Shown here in pieces: positions 24,126 through 35,134 of a stretch of 64,000 nucleotides of DNA. The translations under genes and the position numbers were made by a program. Where the stretch lies: contig OZ024757.1 of assembly GCA_964016885.1 (NCBI GenBank), positions 2,170,001 through 2,234,000 of the forward strand, given 5' to 3'. The DNA comes from Eledone cirrhosa (Eukaryota). Within the stretch, counting starts at the first letter, position 1; every line of letters starts with the position of its first letter. The notes beneath the pieces were generated by a model that searched no databases, had not been told where the DNA came from, and worked only from the letters and a program-made list of their open reading frames with translations.

Positions 24126-27100
24126 TTAGGTAAGGCGGGTCTTCTCTATTACTGAGTACTGCCAAAGGTCTCGGTCCAGTGACATTGTCTTGGAGAGGTG
24201 TAAGCGTGTGAGGTCGGAATTTATCAGCTCGTCCCATGTTTTTCTGGGTCTGCCTACTCCGTGGCTACCGTCTATCTTTATTGCCCTGCACTTTGTTATA
24301 CAGCTGTCGTCTTTCATGCGCATCACGTGACCGTACCAACGTAGCCTTCTCTCGAGTAAACAACATCTGATCCCTCTTATTTCTAATTTTTTCCTTAGTT
24401 CGTTTATGCTTTGCCGTTCACGTATATTACTATTGCACATCCAGCGGAGCATGCAAGCTTCGTTCCTCTCTAGTCTGCGTATATCCTCTGCACACAATGC
24501 CCAGGTCTCACTGCCATGCAGCATTGCTGTTCGTATGCAGGCATCGTATAACCTGCCTTTCATTTTTAGGGAGAACCCTCTAGCGGCTAATAGTGGTATA
24601 AGCTCTCTGAACTTTTTCCATCCAGTTCTGACTCTAGCTACTGTACTTTCAGAGCACCCTCCCCCACTGCTGATTTTGTCACCCAGGTAACGGAAGCTGT
24701 CCACTATTTCTATAGAACCCTCTGCGCAGTTGAAGGAGCTAGTATTTTGTGGGCACTTGCTGCTACTTATTGCACCAGAGCACCGGCCACATGTAAAATC
24801 TATGTTCTTAGTTAGCTTACCTGTGATCCCACTACATCTTTTATGCACCCATACTTTGCATTTGGGACATAAAATGGAGTTTCTACCTACGCCTTTCCTA
24901 CACACTGAGCATGGCCATTTCCCCGATGGGACCGCCGCCTTACTTTCTTTCCTACAAACTAGAACTTTAGTCTTAGCCAGGTTAATTTTAAGGCCTTTTG
25001 ATTCTAGGCCGTGCTTCCACGTTTGGAATTTCTTCTCTAGTTCGGTCATTGATTCAGCTATGAGCGTTAGATCATCTGCGTATAGGAGTTCCCATGGGCA
25101 GCCGGTCTTGAACTCCTCTGTTATAGCCTGAAGGGCAATAATAAATAGTAGGGGGCTAAGAACAGAGCCCTGATGGACACCAACTTTTACGCTAAACTCT
25201 TCACTATATTCGTTGTTAATTCTAACCTTACTGACTGTTTCTTTATACATGGCTTGTATAGCTCTCACAAGCCATTCGTCAACACCTAGTTTTCTAAGAG
25301 ACCACCAGATAATGGAACGGGGGACTCTGTCGAAGGCTTTCTCCAAGTCGACGAAAGCTAAGTATAGGGGTTTACTTTTAGCTAGGTACTTCTCCTGTAG
25401 TTGTCGTACAATGAAAAGAGCGTCTGTGGTACTTTTGCCTGATACAAACCCGAACTGCATTTCATCTAGATCAATTCTCTCTCTGATTAGTTGCGCTATT
25501 ACTTTTTCCGTGACCTTCATGACCTGGTCGATTAATTTAATGCCTCTATAGTTACTCCTATCTAGGGCATCTCCTTTTCCCTTATAGCAGTTAACGATGA
25601 TGCTGCTACGCCATTCCTTCGGAACAACCCCATTCTGTACGACTTGGTTAACTATCCGGGTGACCATGGTGTGTCCCACCGAACCAGATGCCTTCAGCAT
25701 CTCAGCAACTATTTCCGAAGGCCCAGCCGCCTTACCCGTCTTCATATCTTTGATTGCCTTACTTATTATACTACCTTCAACTAACACTGCTGGTCCCTCT
25801 ATTGGATCGATCTGGGGGAGACTGTCTTTCTCCCATTTGTTCTCCTCATTTAGAAGCCTTTCGTAGTGACACTTCCAAGCTACCTTCTTATCAGCGTCGG
25901 TGATGGCAAGTATGCCATCATCGTTAAGTACACACTTCTCCCCGACAATATCACGGTTTTCCTTGACACATTGCCTGGCAATCCTGAACACCTCACGTTT
26001 TTGGTCCTCACGTTGTAGAACATGCTTGAACTTTCTTTCCTCTGCTTCCCTTCTTGCGAAGTACACTTGTCTCCTAGCTTCCCTCCTGGCCACTTGATAG
26101 TCTTCTCTACTTCCCCCATCCCGCCATACTTTCCAAGCCTGCTTTTTGGCCTTAATTGACTCCTCCACCTTACTGTTCCACCACCATGTTACTCTCCTCC
26201 TACCTACAGGCCTGCTCCAGCCACAGACTTCATCTGCCGCCGTCAGCAGGTTTGCTCTCAGGAATTCCCACTGTTCCTCTATATTATACGACTCTAATTG
26301 CTCTTCCTTACTGTCGAAAGCGTCAAGTAATATGCTTTGAAATTTATTTCTGGCTATGGGGTCCTTTAGCTTCCATATTTTTCTCCTGAGGATAGTCCTC
26401 TTCCGCTGTCTAGTACGTCTCGTCCTGACTATGAGGTCGCTAATTATCAGTCTATGTTGGGAGGTGAATTCTTCATGGGGGTGGGATTTAGTGTTAACAA
26501 CAGACACTCTGTCACGTCTTCTGGTAAGGATATAATCTACCTGGCTTGTGTGTTCCCCCGATCTATAGGTGATCAAGTGATTGTCTCGTTTTTTGAAGTT
26601 AGTGTTACAGATAGTTAAGTTATTTGCGTCGCAGAATTCCAGGATTCTGGAGCCTTCCTCATTTCTAGTACCGAACCCATAGCCTCCATGGATTCCGTCA
26701 TAGCCGTCACAATGTTGTCCAACGTGACCATTTAGGTCGCCTGCAATAACTATATAGTCACTGTCGGTTATTTGGGAGGTAGCGAGCATCAGTGTCTCGT
26801 AGAATCTGTCTTTTATAGCGCGGGGCAGTCCGGATTGGGGTGCGTACGCAGATATTACTGTCACCGTAGTTTTATTGAGGACAAGTCTTATTATAATTAT
26901 TCTGTCGTTCACTCTATTTACGTCTATTATCTTATCTGCCCACTTTTCTGCTACCATGATTCCTACCCCACCCAACCCATTGTCATTTCCCACCCAGAAA
27001 AGCTTATAGCATCGTTCTTTACCCACGATGAATCTAGCCGACCCTCCCCTCCACCTGGTCTCTTGAATACAACAAACATCGACCTTCTTACGTTCAAGCA

Positions 27101-27371
27101 TTTCTACAACCTCGTTAGAGCGACCCTTTAAGGTGCCTACATTCATGGTACCAACTCTGAAGTTTTGGATTGCGTTTGGAGGGTGGGAGCGGTGGGGCGC
27201 GGGGGGGGATGGGGTTATGTTAGCCATCCTGGGCCGAAACAAGGAGGAGTGCTTGCATTCTCGTCCACGAGGTGAATTTGGCTTTATCTTTGGCATTGTC
27301 GCTGAGCGTCCAGATTTTTCTCTCTTCAACTCTCCAGAATTCCGTAGTCCATCCATCATATCGAAAAGCAA
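24126..27371 (-). CDS. RTE LINE polyprotein: APE endonuclease + reverse transcriptase + PHD-type zinc finger
   Basis: GTMNV, CIQETRW, AGDLNGH, VDYIL, SQH (APE); FVDLEKAFDRV, GVHQGSVLSP, YADD (RT); CxxC...CxxC...HxxC...CxxC; GRPRKTW. The true start codon is uncertain. Confidence 0.95.
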   Translation of the reverse strand: MLFDMMDGLRNSGELKREKSGRSATMPKIKPNSPRGRECKHSSLFRPRMANITPSPPAPHRSHPPNAIQNFRVGTMNVGTLKGRSNEVVEMLERKKVDVCCIQETRWRGGSARFIVGKERCYKLFWVGNDNGLGGVGIMVAEKWADKIIDVNRVNDRIIIIRLVLNKTTVTVISAYAPQSGLPRAIKDRFYETLMLATSQITDSDYIVIAGDLNGHVGQHCDGYDGIHGGYGFGTRNEEGSRILEFCDANNLTICNTNFKKRDNHLITYRSGEHTSQVDYILTRRRDRVSVVNTKSHPHEEFTSQHRLIISDLIVRTRRTRQRKRTILRRKIWKLKDPIARNKFQSILLDAFDSKEEQLESYNIEEQWEFLRANLLTAADEVCGWSRPVGRRRVTWWWNSKVEESIKAKKQAWKVWRDGGSREDYQVARREARRQVYFARREAEERKFKHVLQREDQKREVFRIARQCVKENRDIVGEKCVLNDDGILAITDADKKVAWKCHYERLLNEENKWEKDSLPQIDPIEGPAVLVEGSIISKAIKDMKTGKAAGPSEIVAEMLKASGSVGHTMVTRIVNQVVQNGVVPKEWRSSIIVNCYKGKGDALDRSNYRGIKLIDQVMKVTEKVIAQLIRERIDLDEMQFGFVSGKSTTDALFIVRQLQEKYLAKSKPLYLAFVDLEKAFDRVPRSIIWWSLRKLGVDEWLVRAIQAMYKETVSKVRINNEYSEEFSVKVGVHQGSVLSPLLFIIALQAITEEFKTGCPWELLYADDLTLIAESMTELEKKFQTWKHGLESKGLKINLAKTKVLVCRKESKAAVPSGKWPCSVCRKGVGRNSILCPKCKVWVHKRCSGITGKLTKNIDFTCGRCSGAISSSKCPQNTSSFNCAEGSIEIVDSFRYLGDKISSGGGCSESTVARVRTGWKKFRELIPLLAARGFSLKMKGRLYDACIRTAMLHGSETWALCAEDIRRLERNEACMLRWMCNSNIRERQSINELRKKLEIRGIRCCLLERRLRWYGHVMRMKDDSCITKCRAIKIDGSHGVGRPRKTWDELINSDLTRLHLSKTMSLDRDLWQYSVIEKTRLT

Positions 27372-27498
27372 CCAGTTAAGCGATAGTATGGGCCTCTGAC
27401 TTATGATTGGTCCACGTAATAATGGTGGTGCGTGGGGGCGGGAGGGAGGGATGATGGGTTGTTAGCGAGAATGTAAGGTTTAAGATAAGATCGCCGTA

Positions 27499-28953
27499 TT
27501 TTGGGCATAATTTAACAATAAACGAAAATACAAGATTTGTTTTGTTTAAGAAAATACGATAGAGAAAATGCGGTGATAGGGAAAATATGATTTTTAGAGA
27601 AAAGATATGATATAGAATGGTGAAAATATGATATAGTGTGAAATTAGGACATAGAAGTGATTGAATGAATGGGTTCGAATGGAGAGAAGAATCGAGAAAA
27701 AAATTTTTGGGCATAATTTAACAATAATAAACGAAAATACAAGATTTGTTTTGTTTAAGAAAATACGATAGAGAAAATGCGGTGATAGGGAAAATATGAT
27801 TTTTAGAGAAAAGATATGATATAGAATGGTGAAAATATGATATAGTGTGAAATTAGGACATAGAAGTGATTGAATGAATGGGTTCGAATGGAGAGAAGAA
27901 TCGAGAAAAAAATTTTTGGGCATAATTTAACAATAATAAACGAAAATACAAGATTTGTTTTGTTTAAGAAAATACGATAGAGAAAATGCGGTGATAGGGA
28001 AAATATGATTTTTAGAGAAAAGATATGATATAGAATGGTGAAAATATGATATAGTGTGAAATTAGGACATAGAAGTGATTGAATGAATGGGTTCGAATGG
28101 AGAGAAGAATCGAGAAAAAATTTTTGGGCATAATTTAACAATAATAAACGAAAATACAAGATTTGTTTTGTTTAAGAAAATACGATAGAGAAAATGCGGT
28201 GATAGGGAAAATATGATTTTTAGAGAAAAGATATGATATAGAATGGTGAAAATATGATATAGTGTGAAATTAGGACATAGAAGTGATTGAATGAATGGGT
28301 TCGAATGGAGAGAAGAATCGAGAAAAAAATTTTTGGGCATAATTTAACAATAATAAACGAAAATACAAGATTTGTTTTGTTTAAGAAAATACGATAGAGA
28401 AAATGCGGTGATAGGGAAAATATGATTTTTAGAGAAAAGATATGATATAGAATGGTGAAAATATGATATAGTGTGAAATTAGGACATAGAAGTGATTGAA
28501 TGAATGGGTTCGAATGGAGAGAAGAATCGAGAAAAAAATTTTTGGGCATAATTTAACAATAATAAACGAAAATACAAGATTTGTTTTGTTTAAGAAAATA
28601 CGATAGAGAAAATGCGGTGATAGGGAAAATATGATTTTTAGAGAAAAGATATGATATAGAATGGTGAAAATATGATATAGTGTGAAATTAGGACATAGAA
28701 GTGATTGAATGAATGGGTTCGAATGGAGAGAAGAATCGAGAAAAAAATTTTTGGGCATAATTTAACAATAATAAACGAAAATACAAGATTTGTTTTGTTT
28801 AAGAAAATACGATAGAGAAAATGCGGTGATAGGGAAAATATGATTTTTAGAGAAAAGATATGATATAGAATGGTGAAAATATGATATAGTGTGAAATTAG
28901 GACATAGAAGTGATTGAATGAATGGGTTCGAATGGAGAGAAGAATCGAGAAAA
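27499..28953 (-). repeat. 209-bp tandem repeat, ~7 near-identical copies, 5' of the RTE ORF
   Basis: Period read from ttttgggcataatttaac recurrences and from repeated ORF offsets. Confidence 0.95.
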
Positions 28954-29130
28954 ATTTGAACGTTACTTTATACCGAAGGGAACAGCCATCCCAGAAATAG
29001 CGAGTTGGCGATTTTGATTAATTTTGGTAGGGTTTTATCTTATATGTATAGAGAGGGAGGGGGGGGGGGCAGGAACCAGCATGATGAATGGGTAGGGGGT
29101 AGAATATGATATATATCTTTTGTCACATCA

Positions 29131-29240
29131 CCAGTCTGAGGAGCAGATCGATACTGGAGTCAGGTCCATAACTCCTATGGGTCACCTTGAGCCAATCCTC
29201 TGCGAAATGTGTAATAAATATTTTTCATATGTAAACGAAA
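29131..29240 (+). ncRNA. Decayed hammerhead-like motif
   Basis: CTGAGGA gcaga...tctgc GAAA tgtg...cata; stem I and cleavage triplet are not intact. Confidence 0.4.
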
Positions 29241-29510
29241 CTTCCTTGCTTTTTCCTATTATATATATGCCAATGTGTATATATATATATATAGGCAAAT
29301 GTGTATATGTATATATATGCCAAGTGTATATATACATATATACTCCAATGTGTATATATACATGTATAGTCCAATGCGTATATATATATATATAAGTTCA
29401 ATGTATATATGTATAGTCCAATGCGTATATATATATATAGTTCAATGTATATATGTATAGTCCAATGTGTGTATATATATATATATATGTATAGTCCAAT
29501 GCGTATATAT

Positions 29511-30245
29511 AAATGAAAGGTATAGAAAGTATTGTAGCAAGAAGCCAACAGTATTCCATAATATATAAGTGACTATAGCGTCAAAATGTGAAAATAGTTA
29601 ACGTAAGATGTGGGAAAATAATTCAAACTCAATTCAAAAAGAATCAGGATATAGACTTATCCAACAGAATTTAGTGAAATCCAGGGAAAAATCAATAGAG
29701 CCTTAACTCATGATAAAATAAAGTTTAAAATACTCATCCTTCAATTTGGTACAACTACAAATGCTCTGTATAGTCTTGAAAAAGACTATTTCATGTAAAC
29801 TTTTAGTGGAGATGGTCACGGTTGGAATACGATCGTCAGCAGAGCCCAACACGATAGCTAGATTCTCACTGATTAATATGCCAAAAAGGGAATTTAAAAG
29901 CAGGCTAGTTTAACATCATGCGTGATTATGAAAATAAAACGCACATGTGGAAAAACAGGGCTGGTGACGTCAGAATGAGACGAATATTTGTTTACATGAA
30001 ACAACAGTCAAAAACATTCCGAAAAAAAACTCTACAATATAAGGAGTTCAGCAAAAAGCAATATTATAGCGTTTTTTTTTAAATACCGGGATTAGTCACA
30101 AATAATTTAAGCACTCTAGGAAAGAAATCCGAGTATATATATATAAATGAAAGGTATAGAAAGTATTGTAGCAAGAAGTCAACAGTATTCCATAATATAT
30201 AAGTGACTATAGCATCAAAATGGGAAAATAGTTAACGTAAGATGT
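29511..30245 (-). mobile_element. Hammerhead-bearing non-coding element with ~100-bp direct repeats (29511-29610 / 30145-30245)
   Basis: aaatgaaaggtatagaaagtattg...gttaacgtaagatgt occurs twice, 634 bp apart; TA flanks. Confidence 0.7.
29763..29845 (-). ncRNA. Type-I hammerhead motif with stable stems I and III
   Basis: gctctg CTGACGA ... GAAA tagtc-ttttcaa-gacta TA cagagc; stem II is weak. Confidence 0.8.
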
Positions 30246-30788
30246 ATATATATATATAGTTCAATGTATATATGTATATATATATATATATAGTCCAATG
30301 TGTGTATGTATATATATATATACATAAAAATATATATATATATATATGTAGGAGGTATAAAATGTGTTTATATGGAATATATATGTGTATGTATGGATGT
30401 GTATATAAAATGTGTGGAGAATATATATATATGTATATGTGTGTGTATGTATGTATAAAATATATATGTGTGTATATGGGAGATATACATATATATATAT
30501 ATATATGTATGTATATATGTGTGTATATTTGTGGGAGATATATATAATATGTATGTAGGATATGTATAGTGTATATATAGGATGTATATGATATATGTGT
30601 GGTATATGTATAGGATATATATGGTGTGTATATAACATGTATGTTTGGTATATGTGTAAAAAATATATATATATGGGGTGTGTATATGATATATATGTGT
30701 ATATATGTATGTATAAAAAAAAAAAAAAATATGTGTGTATATATCTATATATGTAGGTGTTTGAAATATATGTATATGTATGTATAGG

Positions 30789-30820
<32 letters not shown>

Positions 30821-31035
30821 TGTGTATGTATGTGTGTGTGTATGTAGAAAATATATATTTGTATGTATGTGAGATATATATATATGTATATATGTGTCTG
30901 TACAAGATATGTATAATATATATGTATGTTTAGTGTGTATGTGTGTATAAGATATATATATATATGTGTGTGTGTGTATGTGTATATATATACATATATA
31001 TGTGTGTATGTGTGTATATATATATATATATATAT

Positions 31036-31427
31036 GGAGGCACATGGCTTAGTGGTTAGAGCATTGGCCTTGCAATTGAAAGGTTCAATTCTCAGACCGG
31101 GTGATGTGTTGTTTCCTTGAGCAAGACACTTTATTTCACATTTCTCCAGCTTACTCAGCTGTAGAAATGGGATGATAGGGACTGGGGTCCCTATCATTCC
31201 ACTGCAAAGTGGTCGTGGAGGTGCCACGGCAAAAAAGCACCCAGCCCACACTGTAAAGTGGATGTGTAGGCGCCATGGCAAAAAAGCACCCAGCACTCAC
31301 TGTAAATGAGGTTGGTGTTAGGATGGGCATCCAAGTGTAGAAATCAAGCCAGAATCAGTTCCCGTCCCACCCTTGCAAGCAGGGAAAAGCGGATGTAAAA
31401 TGATGATGATAATGATGATGATGATGA
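31036..31427 (+). mobile_element. tRNA-derived SINE with RTE-like tail (carries an extra internal unit)
   Basis: As 4801-5141; the cactgtaaagtgg...aaaaaagcacccag unit is duplicated. Confidence 0.85.
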
Positions 31428-32088
31428 TATATGTGTGTGTTTGTATAGTATGTATTTGGCATATGTGGTGTGTGTGTGTGTATATATGGGTGTATATGTG
31501 TGTGTGTGTGTGTATATATGTGTATGTATATGTGTGTGTATATATGTGTATGTATATGTGTGTTTATATATATGTATGTGTGTGTATATGTATATATATA
31601 TATGGGTGTGTAAGCGTATGTATGTGTATGTATATATATATATATATATATGTGTATATATATATGTATTTATATATGTGTTGATATGTGTTTGTATGTA
31701 ATATATATGGACTGTAGATACATTTACATATAGGGAAGTGAATATGTGAGCCAGCATGTCCCCCCACACTTCCTCTCCCAGACCAATATCAACAACACAT
31801 CTTTGACAAATGTTCCCAAACTATCCTTCTTTTCTCTTTTTCCTGTCATCCCATTCTTATCAAAAGACATGTATCTTACACCTCATTAAAACCCAGACAA
31901 GCACCTAAATTCATCTTTGATATAGAAATCTGTAGAAGATATTCTTTATGGATTTGGAAGTGTTGATTCAGCTATGCCTTTATAAACTCATCAAAGGTCA
32001 GCTAATGAAATAAAACCAGCAGGAGACAAACACGCTTATCTTACAACCTCACCATTTTCTGAGTGTATATATATGTGTGTGTGTATGT

Positions 32089-32480
32089 ATTACTCTTTTA
32101 CTCTTTTACCTGTTCCAGCCATCCGGCTGAGGCCATGCTGGGGCACCGCCCTTGTTGCTACACATTTTATCTCCAGCCTGTATTTGTTGGTCACTGGTAC
32201 AAGAGGGAGTTTGTTGCTGCTGCCCTTAGGTTTCCCTCGTGCCTTGCTGTGGGCTCATCCGGGATCCTGGATAGCAAGGTGTCGAGATGTTTCTTGAAGA
32301 CATCCACCTTCACACCATGCAAATCTCTCAGATCCCTCGGCAGCTTGTTGAAGAGTTGAGAGCCCTTTAATACCAGGCTATTGCAATATCTGCTCCTTAT
32401 TCTAGATGTGGAAGACGGGACCTTTGGCACCACACAGTGACGTCCTGTTCGACGGTTGGTCTAGCTCCCAATGCCAAAGT
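32089..32480 (-). mobile_element. 3' fragment of a CR1/L2-group LINE
   Basis: GSQLFNKLPRDLR...FKKHLDTLLSRIPDEP...AATNSL; tail (taaaagag)n. Confidence 0.7.
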
Positions 32481-32717
32481 ATGTATACTTTAATTCCTCT
32501 GGGCCGTCATCATCATCAACACTTCTTAACACCACACCCCAGACACATCCAAATCTCTCTTATATATAGTCACACATTTTAACACAACCTGATTTCATTT
32601 TCACAATCGCCAGTCAGACGAATGCGAGAAAGTTCTCCAAACCAAGTTAACCAGGAATCTCTAAAATTCTTCCCACCAAAGTTAACAAAGAACTTACTGG
32701 ATCTACCAACTCATAAT

Positions 32718-32865
32718 TGTTTCTACTTTTGGTACTTTATTTTATCGACCCCGTAAGGACGAAAGGCAAAGTTAACCTCGGCAGGATTTGAACTCAGATT
32801 GTAAGGGGACGTAACTATGCTGGAAAGCATGTCCAACCCTCTACCGATACTGCCAATTCACCACC
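32718..32865 (-). mobile_element. SINE (family 2) with 15-bp target-site duplication
   Basis: ctaccaactcataat at 32703-32717 and 32866-32880; B-box-like gagttcaaatcc. Confidence 0.8.
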
Positions 32866-33007
32866 CTACCAACTCATAATATTATAACATTAAATCATAA
32901 ATTTTTTAACACTACAAGTGAAGTCATTCTTTTCCTTTTTTCAAATATACCTAACTGCACCAAGGATCTCACACATTTTCCAATATATATATATATATAT
33001 ATATATA

Positions 33008-35115
33008 ATTGAAAAAGTGGAGAATAACATGGTCAACAGTACAAAAAAGGGGATTTATTTATTTACAGTCTAACAATTGTTTCTCTGATAAAGTTGTCTA
33101 GAAGCAGTGCCACTCAATTTCAAATACCATCGTATTTGAAATTGAGTGGTAAATTAAATGAACAGAATACTAATATAAAGACCACTAATAACTATAGAAG
33201 ATGCAGAAATAGAAACTACTTATGGTTCAATCCAGTGTTTAACTCCTCTATAAAAACAAAACTATCTTACACTTTCTTTAAATTGGTTGACAAACACTTC
33301 CCTAAAATTCATAAATATCATTAAATCTTTAACAGAAAAACTATCAAACTATCATACTCCACTGCCAACAACATAGAATCGCACATACATAAAATTAACT
33401 ATAAAAGAATTTATAATACAAGTAACCCGCAAATAAGTACCATAACACCAAATACAAAACATAAGCATATAACATCATCACAACCAAACACACGTCAGAA
33501 CACATCACCAAAATACATCAACAAACCCAATTCTCAGCCCGCACATAACAATTTACAAAACCATATAGAAGAACCGGCACATAGGAAGGCATTTAAATGT
33601 AACTACCATCTACCTGACAATTGCCCATTACAAAATAGATGCCTAGAGTCAAATATAGTATACTATGTACTATAAATTCAGGCAGCTTAGCATAGCGCTA
33701 CATAGGATCTACAGCTGGGGAGTTTAAGAAAAGGTAGTATGTCCATAGACACTATGAATAACAGGAAGCTCATAAATACAACTCCCGCCAATAAAATCTG
33801 GCAACTCAGAGATGCAAACATGGAATATAAAATCAGCTGGACGAAGCTATCAACAGCAACGGCCTATCAAATTGGTATGTCCCACTGTGGTCTTTGTAAT
33901 ATGGAACTTTTCCAAATTTTAAATTACAACAAAATGCTTCTTAACAGTAAAATTGAAAGAACTATTTTCTGTCGGCATAAATCGGCGACCAAATTTGAGA
34001 ACTTTAGACCAGCTTAATTCCATCTTATCTATTCCATAACCCAAATTGTACCACTTAGATCTATTATAATATCACATTATCACCATCATCACCATTATGA
34101 TTGTCATCATCTATCAATGAACAACATCAAAACCTCTTATATTTACATTCTTATTTTATATATCTCCATCTTTATATTTCTCTCCCTAAATTTTTTTCAT
34201 CTCTAGCATTTTATTTTATCATATAATATAACTTACAACTAATTAATTTATTTATTAAATAAACAATACACACATAAATATATTTAACATTATCATATTT
34301 ATACCTTCATATCTCCCTGTATATTTTAGCCATTCTCAAAAACCAATTCTTCGCACATTTTTACTTTTTTACTTATTTATTTTCATATTTTCATTTTTCA
34401 TTTTTCACATTGTGTACCATTTTGTATCACATTAGATGTAATTTATTTATTTATTTATTTTTATTTTTATTTACATTTATTTATTTATTAACCTTTATTC
34501 ATTTATTGCTGATATTATTATTTTCCCCTCTATTTTTCTTTCTATCCTACGTTATTTCTCCTTATGCTTGTCTCTCCTCTTTCTGCCATCATTTCTCCAT
34601 ATATTTTCTTCTCTATATTTTTCTCTGTATTCATTTCTCCTTTTTCTTCTTTCTCTTTTTCCTTTCTTTCCTGTATCTATCTCCCTTTCTTTCTTTTTTT
34701 CTCTCTCTATCTTTATTATTAATATTATTATTGATGATGTAATTTGAATTTGTAAATTTGCCGGTTATATATATTTTTTGTAACAGTTTCTGAAGATCTG
34801 ATCGAGCTAGCATCGTATTTGAAATTGAGTGGCACTGCTTCTAGTGTTCAGCAATTTTTAGACAACTCTATCAGTGAAACAATTGTTTGACTGTAAATAA
34901 ATCCCTTTTTTTGTATTGTTGACCATGTTATTCTTCACTTTTTCAATTTTATTACTCCAAGATAAACTTACATAGGAATACAAGTGAAATCATAAACTCG
35001 TCATCTACGTAAACCTCTTGTTGAGTCAAACAACACTGTACGCTAAAACTATCCATAATAAGAAGTATTCACAACCTCTAACTGAATTACCTATAACAAT
35101 ATTTTGTTATCCCTT
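33008..35115 (+). mobile_element. 5'-truncated Penelope-like element: decayed GIY-YIG endonuclease, 3' terminal region, and an inverted copy of it at the 5' end
   Basis: WFNPVF...KHFP..HKYH*IFNRKTIKLSYS; CNYHLPDNCPLQNRCLESNIVY; YIG; CGLCNME...LLNSKIE...CRHK; 33008-33128 is inverted relative to ~34815-34948. Confidence 0.85.
34783..34894 (+). ncRNA. Hammerhead motif with expanded stem II
   Basis: acagtt t CTGAAGA tctgat...atcagt GAAA caattg TT t gactgt a AATAAA. Confidence 0.55.
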
Positions 35116-35134
35116 ATATATATATATATTTCAG

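Larger units (their letters stand above)
23628..29040 (-). mobile_element. Apparently full-length RTE-clade LINE
   Basis: (GAT)n 3' tail at 23628-23651, 3' UTR with a duplicated ~112-bp block, single intact ORF, 5' tandem monomers; the 5' boundary is approximate. Confidence 0.9.

Noticed and set aside
27376-28758. Repeated ~110-aa hydrophobic ORFs as an ORF1
   Set aside because: By-products of the pyrimidine-rich 209-bp monomer; non-ATG starts and no domain.
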